From Isurus oxyrinchus (taxonomy: Eukaryota): a stretch of 64,000 bases of DNA. The notes below the pieces were generated by a model. That model saw only the letters and a program-made list of their open reading frames with translations. It made no database searches and was not told where the DNA came from. The stretch lies in contig JANJGN010000035.1 in assembly GCA_026770705.1 (NCBI GenBank), positions 6,448,001 through 6,512,000 on the forward strand. The letters run 5' to 3'. Made by a program: the position numbers and the translations under genes. Positions 38,101 to 51,804 of the stretch are shown here, piece by piece (the stretch's first letter is position 1; each line of letters begins with the position of its first letter).

Positions 38101-39545
38101 AGATTATTAAACTATCATGGCAGATCAGAATGCCAGTTATAAATGTAGCATTATACTTGGAGGATAATGATCTGATGCGCATAGTGAAGACAACCCAGGT
38201 GTTTGTAAAAGAGTGACTCGATTCTTGTTGCTTGCTATGCGGGGCTCCCCTAATCTATCAACAGGGTTCTGGCCTTTCCAATTAACTGATCAACATGAAG
38301 CAAGAGGGCATTTCAAATTGATTCAGGAGAAATTAGTAAACCAATGCACTGAAACACATTTCCAGGATTATGTGATTAAATTCAGAGAAAGATTGATTTG
38401 TGCATGAGAACTAGCTGGAGAACTATGAACAATATCACATTAAATGATGAAATCAAATTTGGGCAAAAAGGCAAAGAGTCGTTGTTCTGTGCCTGAGGAC
38501 ATGGTGTTATCATTGTTGCTGGTTTTATGATAACCGTTATAAGCAATGTATAGTTGATATTAAGAGGTTGAAAAGATTCTGAGTGTGTGGAACTACGCAG
38601 TTAATGCCCAAGGTCGAAGGAATTGTCAAAGAATGTGCCATGCAAACATGCTAACAGGGTACTTTGCCAGATAAGATAAGCAGAAATAGAAATTGGTAGT
38701 GATAAGTAAGGAGAAGGAAGCAGGAATTAGAAATTCTGAAATTGACTTCCCACTGATTACATTAGCCAATGAAAAAGTACTTCAAATGTAAATGTGATGA
38801 TTTAATTACATTCAAGAAAACTGTCGAAGTGATTTACAAGAACTATTGGAATCACATGAAGCAATTTCTGGAATCTGACCCGGAAAGGAAAAAAAATCAT
38901 AACTTTTGTATGATGATGACATGGGGAATTATTTTCCAATAAGGCAACACCCATATAGAACAAATACAGGAAAATGGACTCGAGCCCGGAGAGAAGTTGA
39001 ATGTGTTCTTGAGAATGACATAATCGAGCCGAATCAAATTAACTGAAATTCGCCCATTTGAATGTTACCAAAGCTGGTGGAATGACTAAGGCAATGTATT
39101 GATTACCGGAAAGTTAACGTAGTAACAAAGGCGTGTACATTTCCGATTCCACAATTGGTGTTTGAATCGAGCTTGTGGGGAATCAGCGTTAATCATAAAA
39201 GTGGACTCGCTGCGAGGACACTGTTAATTTCACTTGTCAGAAGCGTCAAAAGTGGTATCAGCTTTGGTGACGCCAGATGCTTTCTATCAATGTGAAGTAA
39301 TGCCGGAGGAATGAAAAATGCATCAACAATAATTCATAAAATACTCCTGGAAATATCAATTCAAGATAAAATACGTACATGTCCTATTCCACAATTGATG
39401 TTTGAATGGAGCTTGTGGGGGAGTCAGCATTAATCATAAAAGTTGACACGCTGCGAGGGCACTGTCAATTATACTTGTCAGAAGCGTCAAAAGTGATGAA
39501 CGTGAAGTAATGCCGTAGGAATGAAAAATGAATCCACAATAATTC
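35161..39545 (+). mobile_element. Gmr1-like Gypsy remnant 2
   Basis: Same domain series. RQHPYR at ~38942 and DYRKVN at ~39101 lie downstream of the integrase motifs. Confidence 0.88.
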
Positions 39546-39591
39546 ATAAAATACTACTGGAAATATCAATTCAAGATAAAAGTACGCTCAC

Positions 39592-39933
39592 ACAACATTC
39601 GCTCCCTTATGTCTGCGACTTGGCCTCCAGTCTTCTCAACAGGCACCATGGTGCTCCCCTCAGTTCCTGCCATCATATAGTTTATTTCCTTGCCAATCAG
39701 ATGATCTGAGAAAACACATACCGAATTTTTAACCTGTCCCTCATTTTGAGGTGACATTTTCCAGTTGGATGACTTCTGGGGATATTCGCGTGTCTTATTA
39801 GGCATGGTGTTTAAATCGCCCCCTTTTTCACAAATAACATTTTGCTTTGCCGAGTGGGATGACATTTTCCTGTTGCCGTGTCTCACATTCCAGTTCTCAG
39901 GCATGGTGGCTTCACTTGAATAAACTTTTTGAT
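39592..39933 (-). pseudogene. Array exon A copy 3 (342 nt, open; acceptor AG>GG)
   Basis: cttctgg|AT CAA AAA GTT...TTG T|gtgagc. Overlaps ORF 39566..39904. Confidence 0.6.
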
Positions 39934-41240
39934 CCAGAAGATATCAAACTCTCAGCACTTAAATTCGACCGATTAGCACTCATGTTACTGGCTGGCAGTG
40001 GGTTGGGCTTATAAAAAAAAAAAAATAATAGCCTCATAGATTTGATGCCTTACAAATTTGATTATATTCCAGCATTAACAGCTCTTCACCATACTGAATT
40101 TTGGACAATAGGCAGGGCAAATAAACAAAACTTTACCTATATAAAATGTGGAAGAAAAAACAGGCTAATTAAATCTTGTGTGAAATAAAGGATTCCGTTT
40201 TCTAAATAGTGAATAATCGCTTAATCAGTTCAAACAAGTTCAGAGCTTAATCTAAACAAATTGATTCAGAAACCTGTTAACACTCGTGGCCCGTAGAATG
40301 GTGGGGGAGATATTTTTTTAAATATAAATTCGAATTTGCTTGTGCTGAGAGGCAACGAAACCCCATGTCAATTGGAACAAACTTGCACGTATGTCAGTGA
40401 GGAGCATAAATTAAAAATTAACACCTCAAATTCCAATGATGCAGAAAATTGGAATGTCTAAATAAAACCAGGTTAATAGAAGAGAGCAAAAATATACTTT
40501 GCTTGCATGAACGCAATACCTGATCTTTGTTTTCTGGAATGACTTCCAGAATTTGAAATATTGGATATTGTTAATGTTATTTAAAGATGGTGAAATTAAT
40601 TCAATTAATCGGATGCTTAACTGTGTGTATATGTTCAGTTATTTATTTTACCCGAAGGTAGAAGCAGTTGGCATACCTGAATGATTCTCACAATTTGGGA
40701 ACATTGAGTTCAGGGAGGTTCTCAGAACAATGGAGTCCAAGTTCATAGAGGAAGAGGATATTTAAAGAAATATGTTTAGTTCAGTTGTTTTAGCTAGGCA
40801 AGTGAGATGTCTTGAGACCAGCTCTGTGCTGTGGAAAGCCCTGCATTTTCAAGAGCCACCCCGTCTCAAGTTCACTTTGTTTCTGAACTTCGGTTGTTTC
40901 CAAAGCAGAGTAAATTAGAAATACAATTCGTGTGATATATGTTTTGCTAAGGTGACAGCAGATTTGCCTTGGGTGATATTAATATATTTTCAGGCTCATG
41001 AATCCATAAGGGAGCTGTTGCCGGATTTACTTGTGTGTTTTGACCAAGTGGATTTTTTGGGGTGTACGTGTTTTGTAACATTCTCATGCTGTGTAATTTT
41101 ACCCTTGTGTGCATAAGTTAGTTTTTCTTGTTGATACATATTGTAACTTTAAAACATTCAGAATGATTCGAGGACACACACATTCGTATAAGTCCCTTAG
41201 TTTACAAAATACAGAAAAAGCGCGGTCAGTTAGACATGTT

Positions 41241-44200
41241 TCCATCTGGGATATAGCTTGCACAGCGAAAAATATTGGTTGCCATCATAAAAAATTGTGA
41301 ACTGTTTGCCGGATATTACGTTTCATTGATTGCTTTCTAGTTTGTGCATACAACGGATATGAGTGCCAGGATGAAGCTGAACACTGGAGATTTGTGTTGA
41401 GCACTCTTAACGTAGCGTGGGAGTAGAATATGTGACTGTTGAGCCTTTGATAAATTTGGCAAAAACAATTTGGAGAAAATTAGCAGGTAACGTGCAGGTA
41501 GCAATGAAAGCAAAGACTTCTGAGGCGGGTACGGTTAAAGTTATTTTCCACCATTTAAAGAGACGAGAATTCTGTGTGCCCCAACTGAACGCAGAATGAA
41601 TTCAATTGCAAATCTTGGTATACAAACCGGGAGCACAAGGCAGGAAGGTGAATTGAAATGAAGAGTGAAGGAATGAAGGATGTAATGAATAGCATTGGGA
41701 GAAAAAAATAGAGAAATGTTAAAACACAACACAAGCAAGACAGATGGAGTTAGAAAGTTTAGGGACAAATTGAAATAAACAGAAATGAAAATAAATGAAA
41801 AAAGAATCTTCGATGAAAGAAAGTGCAGGAAGAAATAGAAAGACAAAGTGTGCAGTATATTAAAACGCGATAGCCTGAGTTTGGACATCAAAGTGGCAAA
41901 GAGCACAGGCATTAAAACCTGGATTGGGAAAAGATTGGAATAAAGTAAAACAAAATGGAATAGATAATTAAAAAACAATAACAGAATTATCTGGAAAAAC
42001 TGAACAGGTCTGGCAGGATCGGTGGAGAAGAAAAGAGTTGAAGTTTAGAGTCCTCATGACCCTTCAACAGAACTAGGTGAATCCAAGGAAGGGGTGAAAT
42101 ATAAGTTGGTTTACGGTGTGTGTGTGTGTATGTGTGTGTGTGCGGGGTGGGGGGGGGGGGGGCGGGGTGGTTGGAGTTGGGTGGGGGGATAGATGTTGAG
42201 GTGAGTGGCAAGCAGTCCCTAATAGATAATCATTTAGTTGGCGAGTTTGATTCGTTTGAAGAATTTGGTTCAAATGACAATCTTCAGTTAGTACCTCAGT
42301 TCACAAAAGATGGAGTTGAAATATTCTTTTGAAAAGACAGCTAGGAAATTGAATTAGCCCAGAAATGCTTCATCGTTACTGTTAAAGATAGTTTTGTCAG
42401 ATATAGCAATTAGTGTGAAGCTATCTTATGAGAGGAGCAAACAGCAGAACACCAAGCTCTCAATAACGTCATTCCAACTGCTTAGGAATTTGTGCCGTTT
42501 GAAGCTGAGGAGTGTAAGAAAGCGACATAATCAGGAATTTACATAGTTTGAATCCATATTGCTCTAAATTTCAATACATATTTAGATGACAGACAGGTTT
42601 AAAAAAATCAAGGAAAATGCTTACTTAGCCGATAGTTATGATAGATCTAACAACGCTTGAGTGCTAGGTGAAGATCATGCGGTGTTCAGATTGTGAATTG
42701 GGTGTATATGACAATTAGTGATGGTAAAAATGTTAGTAACAAAGAGCCAGCTGAAGAACGTCACTCTGCTATAGATGGAAATCTAGAACCCATACGTGGA
42801 GGAAGGAAGGTATATGTTACCATTTGAAAAGTTGTTGGTCATGCAAGGACAAAGTATTGGAGGTTAACAGTGGAACCCATTGCAGTGATAGAAGCTCAGA
42901 AGAGTTCGACAAGTAAATGTTCTGTGGGCTCTGAGAAGCTAGTGTAAGGCAGTCTAGAAGCTGTTATAATGGTGAAAAATAAGGAGTCAGTTTTGCTAGA
43001 GAAGTGGAAATGCCCTCACAACCTACCTAAGAATGTTCTGAAGAGCAAGTTACAAAGATGTTTAAAGATGGCATATGCCATGGGAAAGTATATCCTTGTG
43101 ATAGAGGAGGAGCAGAGAAGACCATTAAGACCTTAAGAATGCAGGGACTAACTATTCATTATTAATATGGCATCGTGCCTTTTGCTGTTCATGTTGGTTA
43201 TTGTAGGAGAAAGTCCAAGTTATTGGAATACATGGCGCAGGTGACCAGGGGCCGGGGGGGAGGAGGGTGAGCGGGGTGTGGGGTAGGTGGCGGTGGTGTG
43301 GGGTGATGAAATTCAAGGACATTTCGATAGATAAATTAAATTAAACCAAAAAAGAACAAAACAAGCGATTTGAATTCAGCACAGTTGAGTCCTGCATTAG
43401 TAGAGAAATTTCGCATTGCATGTGTTCGAATTATTATAAGAAATTTAATAGCTGGATCACAAATATTGATTTTGATTACTGGAGTAAAGGTACTTTAAAG
43501 ATGCCATGAACAGAGGCTTTACAGATATAGCATTCAGGGTTGCTTCCAGATTGTGAGGTGACGAGCTCATAGGCACATATACTTAAACAGTAAGGGGAAG
43601 AGTATAACAAACAGTTCGAGGATACCCATTTGGGCGGATCAATCTTTAACAATATAAGTCAGCAGTAGAGGTTGGCGAGGATGAAGATGAATCGTTATGT
43701 TTCTCAAAGTAAGTGGAGTTACAGCAGCAGAATGCACGTATAAAGCTGCTATGAAGGACAATCTTTTTTTCAGAAACAAAAGTGGAATGGTTTCCACGGT
43801 TTATTTATCATAGAAACAATGTGTAAATGAAGAAATGGAGACTGTTTTAAGTCGCAGCATTGGGCGATATTGCATCAAATTGTGATTATATCTGGGAACC
43901 AGAATAGAATTTTAGGAGATGCTCAAGAAATCTCAATGATAGTGCATTTACGATTTAGGAAAACTCAAGAAAAAATGCAATGAAAAATATCTATTGACCT
44001 CGATAACATAAAGGTATAGTTAAATTCTGTCATACATGTAGCACATATCAAGAGATATGAAGATTTCGAACAGTAATTAAAGCTGCACCTTTAATTCCAC
44101 TTCTAACAATGAAAGGAGCTTTTATCAGGATCTTCGTTTATTTTGTAGGACACCTCCATATGTTAACATTAAAATAAATATTTAATGAAAATCATAGATG

Positions 44201-45605
44201 TGCCTATGAGAAATCCAGAATCAAACCCTCCAGGGAAAAGTACAACAAAGCTGATTGTGGGGGAGAAGACCAAATTATTTGCATGACATGGTTGGGAAAA
44301 TAAGCACAATCGGATGATGGGTCAAATTTCATGTCATAGCTGGTTAGACCAGTAATGAAAAGACAGTCTAGGAATAATCTAGGAATAATGCAGTTCAGAA
44401 TATAAAACTTTCATGGTCGATCAGAATGCCAGTTATAAATGTAACATTATATTTGAAAGAAAGATTTGATGCACATAGTCAAGATAACCAACGTGCTTGT
44501 AGTAGAGTGATTCGATTCTTGCTGCTTGCTGTTAGGGGCTCCCCCAATGAATCAGTAGGGTTCGGTCCTTTCCAATTAACTGATAAACATGGAGCAAGAG
44601 GGCTTTTCAGATGGATTCATGAGAAATTAGTAAACCAATGTACTGAAACACATTTGCAGGATTATGTGACTAAATTCAGAGAAAGATTGTGTTGTGCGTG
44701 TGAACTAGCTGGGAACTTTTAAAGGTATCACATTAAATGATGAAATCAAATTTGGGCAAAAGGGCAAAGGCTCGTTGTTCTGTGCCTGAGGCCATGGTGT
44801 TATCATTGTTGCTGGTTTTAGGACAACCGTGATAAGCAGTGTGTAGATCATATTAAGAGGTTCAAAAGAGTTTGAGTGCGTGGAATTACGCAGATAATAC
44901 CCAAGGAAGAAGGAAGTGACAAAGAATGTGCCATGCAAACATGCTAACAGGGTACTTTGCCAGATAGGATAAGCAGAAATAGATATTGGTAGTGGTAAGT
45001 AAGGAGAAGGAAGCAGAAATTAGAAATTCTGAAATTGACTTCCCACTGATTACATTAGCGAATGAAACGGTACTTCAAATGCAAATGTGATGATCAATTA
45101 CATTCCAGAAAACTGTCAAAGTGATTTACCAGAACTGTTGCCATTACAAGAAGCAAATTCTGGAATCAGACCCGGAAAGATAAGTTCATAAATTTGCATG
45201 ATGATGACATGGGGGATTATTTTTCAATAAGGCAACACCCATATAGATTAAATACAGGAAAATGGACTCGAGTGCGGAGAAAAGTTGAATGAGTTCTTGA
45301 GAATGACATAATCGAGCCCAATCAAAGTAACTGAAATTCTCCCATTGCAATGGTACCAAAGCCGGATGAATGATTAAGGCTATGTATTGATAACAAGAAA
45401 CTTAACGTAGTAACAACCCTATTCAACAACTGCTGTTTGAAGCGATATTGTGGGGGAGTCAGCGTTAATCCCAATACCTGAGTCGCTGTGAGGACAATGT
45501 TAACCACACTTTTCCGAAGCATCAAAAGAGGTATCAAATTTAGTGACACCAGATGTTTTCTATCAATGTGAAGTAATGCTGTGGAATGAAAAATGCATCA
45601 ACAAT
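41241..45605 (+). mobile_element. Gmr1-like Gypsy remnant 3
   Basis: LQLVPQFTKDGVEIFF; FLLLAVRGSPNESVGFGPFQL...LQDYVTKFRERL; RT motifs at 45230-45600. Confidence 0.88.
41969..42220 (-). mobile_element. Penelope-like terminal fragment inserted in one array unit
   Basis: Similar to 11512-11609 and 23933-24080. Flanked by the TSD aatagataat (41959-41968 and 42221-42230). Absent from other units. Confidence 0.9.
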
Positions 45606-45656
45606 AATTCATAAAATACAACTGGAAATATCAGTTGAAGATTAAGTTAATCTCAC

Positions 45657-45998
45657 CCAACAATTGTTCACTTATGTCTGTGACTTGGCCTCCAGTCTTC
45701 TCAACAGGCACCATTGTGCTCCTCTCAGTTCCTGCCATCATATAGTTTATTTCTTTGGGACTCAGATGACCTGAGAAAACCCATGCCAAAGGTTTAACCT
45801 GTCCCCCACTTTGAGGTGACATTTTCCAGTCGGATAGCTTCTGGGGATATTTGCTTCTGTTATCAGGCATGGTGTTTACCTCGCCCCCTTTTTCACAAGT
45901 AACATTTTGCTTTGCTGTGTCTGATGGCATTTCCCTGTGGCCAGGTCTCACATTCCAGTTCTCAGGCATGGTGGCTTCACACAAATAAACTTTTTGAT
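45657..45998 (-). pseudogene. Array exon A copy 4 (342 nt, open; acceptor AG>AA)
   Basis: cttttaa|AT CAA AAA GTT...TTG G|gtgaga. Overlaps ORF 45631..45984. Confidence 0.6.
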
Positions 45999-47304
45999 TT
46001 AAAAGATATCAAACGCTCAGCACAGAAATTGAACAGGTTAGCATTCATGTTACTGTGACAGTGGGTTTGGCTCATTAACAAAATAAAATCTAATTGCCTC
46101 ATACATTTAATGCCTTACAAATTTCATTATATTCCTGCAATAACAGATCTTCACCATACTCATTTATGGACAATAAACAGGACAAATAAACGGAACTTTA
46201 CCTGTAGAAAATGAGGAAGAAGTGACAGGCTAATTAGATCGTGTACGAATTAAAGGATTCCGTTTTGTAAATAGTGAGTAATCGCTTAAACGATTCAAAC
46301 AGCAGTTCAGAGCTCAAAATGGAGAAATTGATTCAGAAACCTGTTGGCAGTCATGGCCCATACAAGTGTGGGGGAGATCATTTTTAAAAATAATTTCGAA
46401 TTTGCTTGTGCTGAGAGCCCACGAAACCCCATGTTAATTAGTACAAACGTGCACGTGTGTCAGTGAGGAGCATAAGGTAACGATTAACAAATCGAATTCC
46501 AATGACGCCGAAAATTGGAATTTTTAAATAAAACCAGGTTAATAGAAGAGAGCAAAAATATACTTTGATTGCATGAGCACAAAATCTGATCTTTATTTTC
46601 TGGAATGATTTTCATAAGCTGAAATATTGGATATTGTTAATGTTATTTAAAGGTGGTGAAATTATTTCAATTAATCGGGTGCACAACTGGGTTTATATAT
46701 TCAGTTATTTATTTTACCCGGAGGTAGAAGCAGTAGGAATACGTAAATGTGCTAAAAATTTGGGAACATTGAATTCAGGGAGGTTCTTAGAACAATGGAG
46801 CCCAAGTTCATAGGGGAAAAGGATATTTAAATAAGTATGTTTAGTTGAGTTGCTTTGGCTCGGCAAGAGAGATGTCCTGATGCCAGCGCCGTGCTGAGAA
46901 AAGCCATGGATTTTGAACAACCACCCAGTCTCAAGTTCAGTTTGCTTCTGAACCTCTGTTGTTTCCACAGAAGAGTCAGTTAGAAATAAAATTCGTGTGG
47001 TAACCGTTTTGCTAAAGTGACAGCAGCTTTACCTTGGGTGATCTTACTATGCTTTCAGGGTAAGCAATCCATAAGGGAGCTGTTGCCGAGTTTACTTCTG
47101 TGTTTTGACCAAGTGGATTTTTTGGGTGTACATGTTTTGTAAAACTGTCATGCTGTGTAATTTTAACCTTGTATACGTAAGTTTTTTTTTCTTGTTAATA
47201 CATATTTTAATTATGCAACCTTAAGACTGATTCTAGAACTCTGGGATTCGTATATAGCCCTTCGTTTAAAAAATAAAGAACAAGCGCGATCAATTAGAAA
47301 TATT

Positions 47305-50300
47305 TCCATCAGGGATATGGCTTGCACAGTGAATAACGTTGGCTGCAGTTATAATAAAAATGTGGACGGTTTGCCGGATGTTATATTTCGTTGATTGAAT
47401 TCCAGTTTCGGCATAAAACGCAGATGAGTGCCAGGAGCATGCTGAACTCTGGAGATTTGTGTTGAGAACTCTAAAAGTTGTTTGACGGCAGTTGCTTTCT
47501 GGGTGTAGAATATGTGACCGATGAGCTTTTGAAAACTTTGGCAAAAACAACGCAGAATAAATTAGCAGGTAACGTGCAGGTAATAATGAAAGGAAAGACT
47601 TGTAAGGCGGGTATGGTACAAAGTTTTTGCCACCATTTAAAGACACGGGAATTTTGTGTGGCCCAACAGAAGGTAGAATGAATTCAATTGCAATTGAAGC
47701 AGCTTGGTATACAAAAAGGGAGGACAAGGCAAAAAAGTGAACGGAAGGAAAGAGGGAAGGAGAGAAGGATGCATTGACTGGCATTGGGAGAAAAAGGGAA
47801 AAAAAAGAGAAATGTTAAAACGCAACACAAGCAAGACAGATGGAGTTAAAAAGTTTAGGGACAAGTTGAAATAAACAGAAATACAAATACATTTAAAAAA
47901 AATATATTCAATGAAAGAAAGTGCAGGATGAAATAGAAAGACAAAGTGTACAATAAGTAAAAAGGTGATAGCTTGAGTTTGACATCAAAGGGGGAAGGAG
48001 ATCACGGAGTAATCCCTGGCTTGGGAAATGATTGGAATAAAATAAAACAAAAGGGAATAGATAATGAATCAGATGGTGAATTTGATTTGGTTGAAGAATT
48101 TGGTTCAACTGACGAATTTCGGTTAGAACCTCAGTTCACAAAAGTTGGAGTTGAAATATAATTGACCTCCTTTGAAAGATAGCTAGGAAAGTGAATTACT
48201 CCAGAAATGCTTGATCTTTACTGTTAAAGATAGTTTTGTCAGGTATAGCAATTAATGGGAAGCTAGCTTATGAGAGGAGCAATCAGCAGACTACGTAGCC
48301 ATCAACAAGGTCATACCAACTGCTTAGGAGTTTGTCCCGTATGAAGCTTCTGAGTGTAAGAAAGCGACATAACGAGAAATTTAGAGGGGTTGAAACCATA
48401 TTGCTGTAAATATCAATACATATTTAGATGACAGACAGGTTTAAGATATGAAGGAAAATGCTTACTTAGCCATATTTAAGGTGGCTCAAACTACGTTTGA
48501 GTGATGGGGAAAGGTCATGTGGCGCTCAGATAGTGAATTAGGTGTATATGATAATTAGTGATGGTCAAAATGTTAGTAACAATAAGCCAGCTGAAAAAAC
48601 GTCAGCCTGCAATAGAAGGAAATCTAGAACCCATAGGTGGATGAAGAAAAGTAGATGTTACGATTTCAAAAATATTGGACATGCAATGACAACTATTGGA
48701 CGTTAAAAGTGCAACCCATGGCAATGATAGAAACTAAGAAGAGTTCGACAAGTAAAAGATCTGTGGGCTCTGCGAAGCAAGTGTAAGGCGGTCCAGACGC
48801 CTTTTATAATGGTAGAGAGGTGGGAATGCGCCCACAAAATACCCAAGAAAGTTCTGAAAAGCAAGTTACAAAGATGTTTAAAGATGGCATATGCCATGGG
48901 AGAGTATATCGTTGTGATAGAGGAATTGCAGAATAGACCATTAAGGCCTTGAAAATACAGGGACTAACTATTCATTATTCATATGGCATCGTGCCATTTC
49001 CTGTTCATGTTGGTTATTGTTGGAGAAAGTGATAGTTCCTGGAATACATGGTGGAGGTGACCGCAGGCCTTGGGGAGGGGTGGGCGGGGTGTGGGGTGAT
49101 GACGTTCAAGGACATTTCAATAGATAAAGTAAACTAAGCAATAAAAAAACAAGGAAATTGAAATCAGTAGAAGTTTGTCCTGCTTTATTAGAGAAATTTC
49201 GCATTGCATATCTTCGAATTATTATAAGAAATGTAATGGCTGGATCACAAATATTGATTTTGATAACTGGAGTAAAGGTACCTTAAAGCTGCATTAAATT
49301 GAGGCTTTTCAGAAATAGCATTCTGGGTTGCTTCCAGATTGTGAGGTGACGAGTTCATAGATACACATACTTAAACAGGAAGGGAAAGAGTTCAAAATAC
49401 AGTTCGAGGAGTCTCATGATCATTTGAGCGGATATTTCTTTGATAATATGAATCAGTAGTATACGTTGGCGAGGTATGAAGATGAATCGTTAAGTTCCTT
49501 AAAGTAAGTGGAGTTACAGCAGCAGAATGCACGTTTAAAGCTGTTATGGCAGAAAGATTTTTTTTCAGAAGCGAAAGCGGAATGGTTTCCAGGGTTTAAC
49601 TACCGTAAAAACAATGTGTTAATGAAGAAATGGAGACCAATTCATGTCGCAGCAGTGGGCACAAGTGGATTAAATTGTGATAACATCTGGGAACCAGAAT
49701 GGAATTCTGGGAACTGCTCATGAAATGTCAAATGAAGAGCATTTATGATTTACGAAAACTCAAGCAAAGATGCAAGAAAAAATAATCTATTGACCTCGAT
49801 AACATAAAGATGTAGTTAAAGTCTATCAAACATGTAACACATGTCAAGTGATATGGAGGTCTCAAACGTAATTAAAGCTGCGCCTTTAATTCCAATTCCA
49901 GCAATTAAGGAAGCTTTTATCAGGATCTCCGTTAATTGTGTATGACCCCTCCATAAGTCTAAACATTGAAATCACTAACTAATGACAATCTTGCATGTGC
50001 CTTTGAGAATTTCAGAAGCAAACCCTCTAGGAAGAAATACAGCAAATTTGATTTTGGAGGTGATGACCAAATTATTTGCATGATATGGTTAGGAAAATAA
50101 ATACAATCGCATGAGCAGTCGAATTTCATGTCATAACTGGTTAGACGAGTACGGAAAAGACAGTCTAGGAATAATCCAATTCAGAATACAAAACTTCTGC
50201 CGTGGATCAGAATGCCTGTTTTAAAGCTAGCATTATACTTGGAGGACAGTGATCTGATGCACATAGTCAAGACAACCCACATGTTTGTAATGGAGTGATT

Positions 50301-51412
50301 GGATTCTTGTTGCTTGCTATTTGGGGCTCCCCTAATGAATCAATAGGGTTCTGTCTTTTCCAATTAACTGATAAACATGAAGCAAGAGGGCATTTCAAAT
50401 TGATTCAGGAGAAATTAGTAAACCAATGCACTGAAAAACATTTCCGGCACTAGGTGGCTAAATTCCTAGAACGATTGATGTTTGTATGTGAACTAGCTAG
50501 GTAACTTGTAAAGTTATCACGTTAAATGATGAAATCAAATTTGGCCAAAAGGGCAAAGGCTCGCTGTTCTGTGCCTGAGGCCATTTTGTTATCATTGTTG
50601 CTCGTTTTAGGACGACCATTATTAGCAATGTGTAGAGATATTAAGAGGTTCAAAGGAATTTTAGTGCGTGGAACTATGCAGTTAATGCCCAAGGTAGAAG
50701 TATTTGACAAAGAATGTGCCATGCCGAAATGCTAACAGCGTACTTTGCCAGATAGGATAAGCAGAAATAGATATTGGTAGTGGTAAGTAAGGAGAAGGAA
50801 GCAGAAATTAGAAATTCTGAAATTGACTTCCCACTGATTACATTGGTCAATGAAAAAGTATTTCGAAATGTAAAAGTGAAAATTAGTTACATTCCAGAAA
50901 ACTGCCAAAGTGATTTACCAGAACTGTTGCAATCACACGAAGCTATTTCTGGAATCAGACCCGGAAATAAAAAAAAAACTTAACTTTGCATGATGATGAC
51001 ATGGGGAATTATTTTTCAATAAGGCAACACTCATATAGATTAAATACAGGAAAATGGACTCGAGTGCGGAGAGATGTTGAATTTGTGCTTTAGAATGACA
51101 TAATCGAGCCCAATCAAAATACCTAAAATTCTCTCAATGCAATGGTCTCAAGGCCGGATGAATGATTAAGGCTATGTATTGATTACCGGAAAGTTAATGT
51201 AGTAATAGAGACGAGCACATATCCTATTCAACAATTGATGTTTGAATCGAGCTTGTGGGGAAATCAGCGTTAGTCCCAAAAGTTGACTCGCTTCGAGGAC
51301 ATGGTCAAGTGCACTTGTCAGAAGTGTCATAAGAGGTATCAGCTTGGGTGACGCCAGGTGTTTTCTATTAACATGAAGTAATGCCGTAGGAATGAAAAAT
51401 GCTTAAACAATA
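47305..51412 (+). mobile_element. Gmr1-like Gypsy remnant 4
   Basis: Colinear with the other units. Zinc-binding region remnant (LMKKWRP...) and IN before RT. Confidence 0.88.
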
Positions 51413-51462
51413 ATTCATCAAATACTCCTGGAAATATCAGTTCAAGATAAAAGTACACTCAT

Positions 51463-51804
51463 CCAACATTCACTCCCTTAAGTCTGTGAGCTGTCCTCCA
51501 GCCATCTCAACAGGCACCTTGTCACTCCTCTCAGTTCGTGCCATCAGATCGTTTATTTCCTTGGGACTCAGACGACCTGAGAAAACCCATACCAAATTCT
51601 TAAACTGTACCCGTCTTTGAGTTGACATTTCGCAGACTGATGTCTTCAGGCGGCTTTCGCTTGTGTTATCAGGCATGATGTTTACCTCGCCACCTTTTTC
51701 ACAATTAACATTTTGCTTTGTTGTGTCTAATCATATTTTTCTGTTGCCGGGTCTCACATTCCAGTCCTCAGGCATGGTGGCTTCACACGAATAACCTTTA
51801 TGAT
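51463..51804 (-). pseudogene. Array exon A copy 5 (342 nt; two TGA stops; donor GT>AT)
   Basis: cttttag|AT CAT AAA GGT...TTG G|atgagt. Confidence 0.6.
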
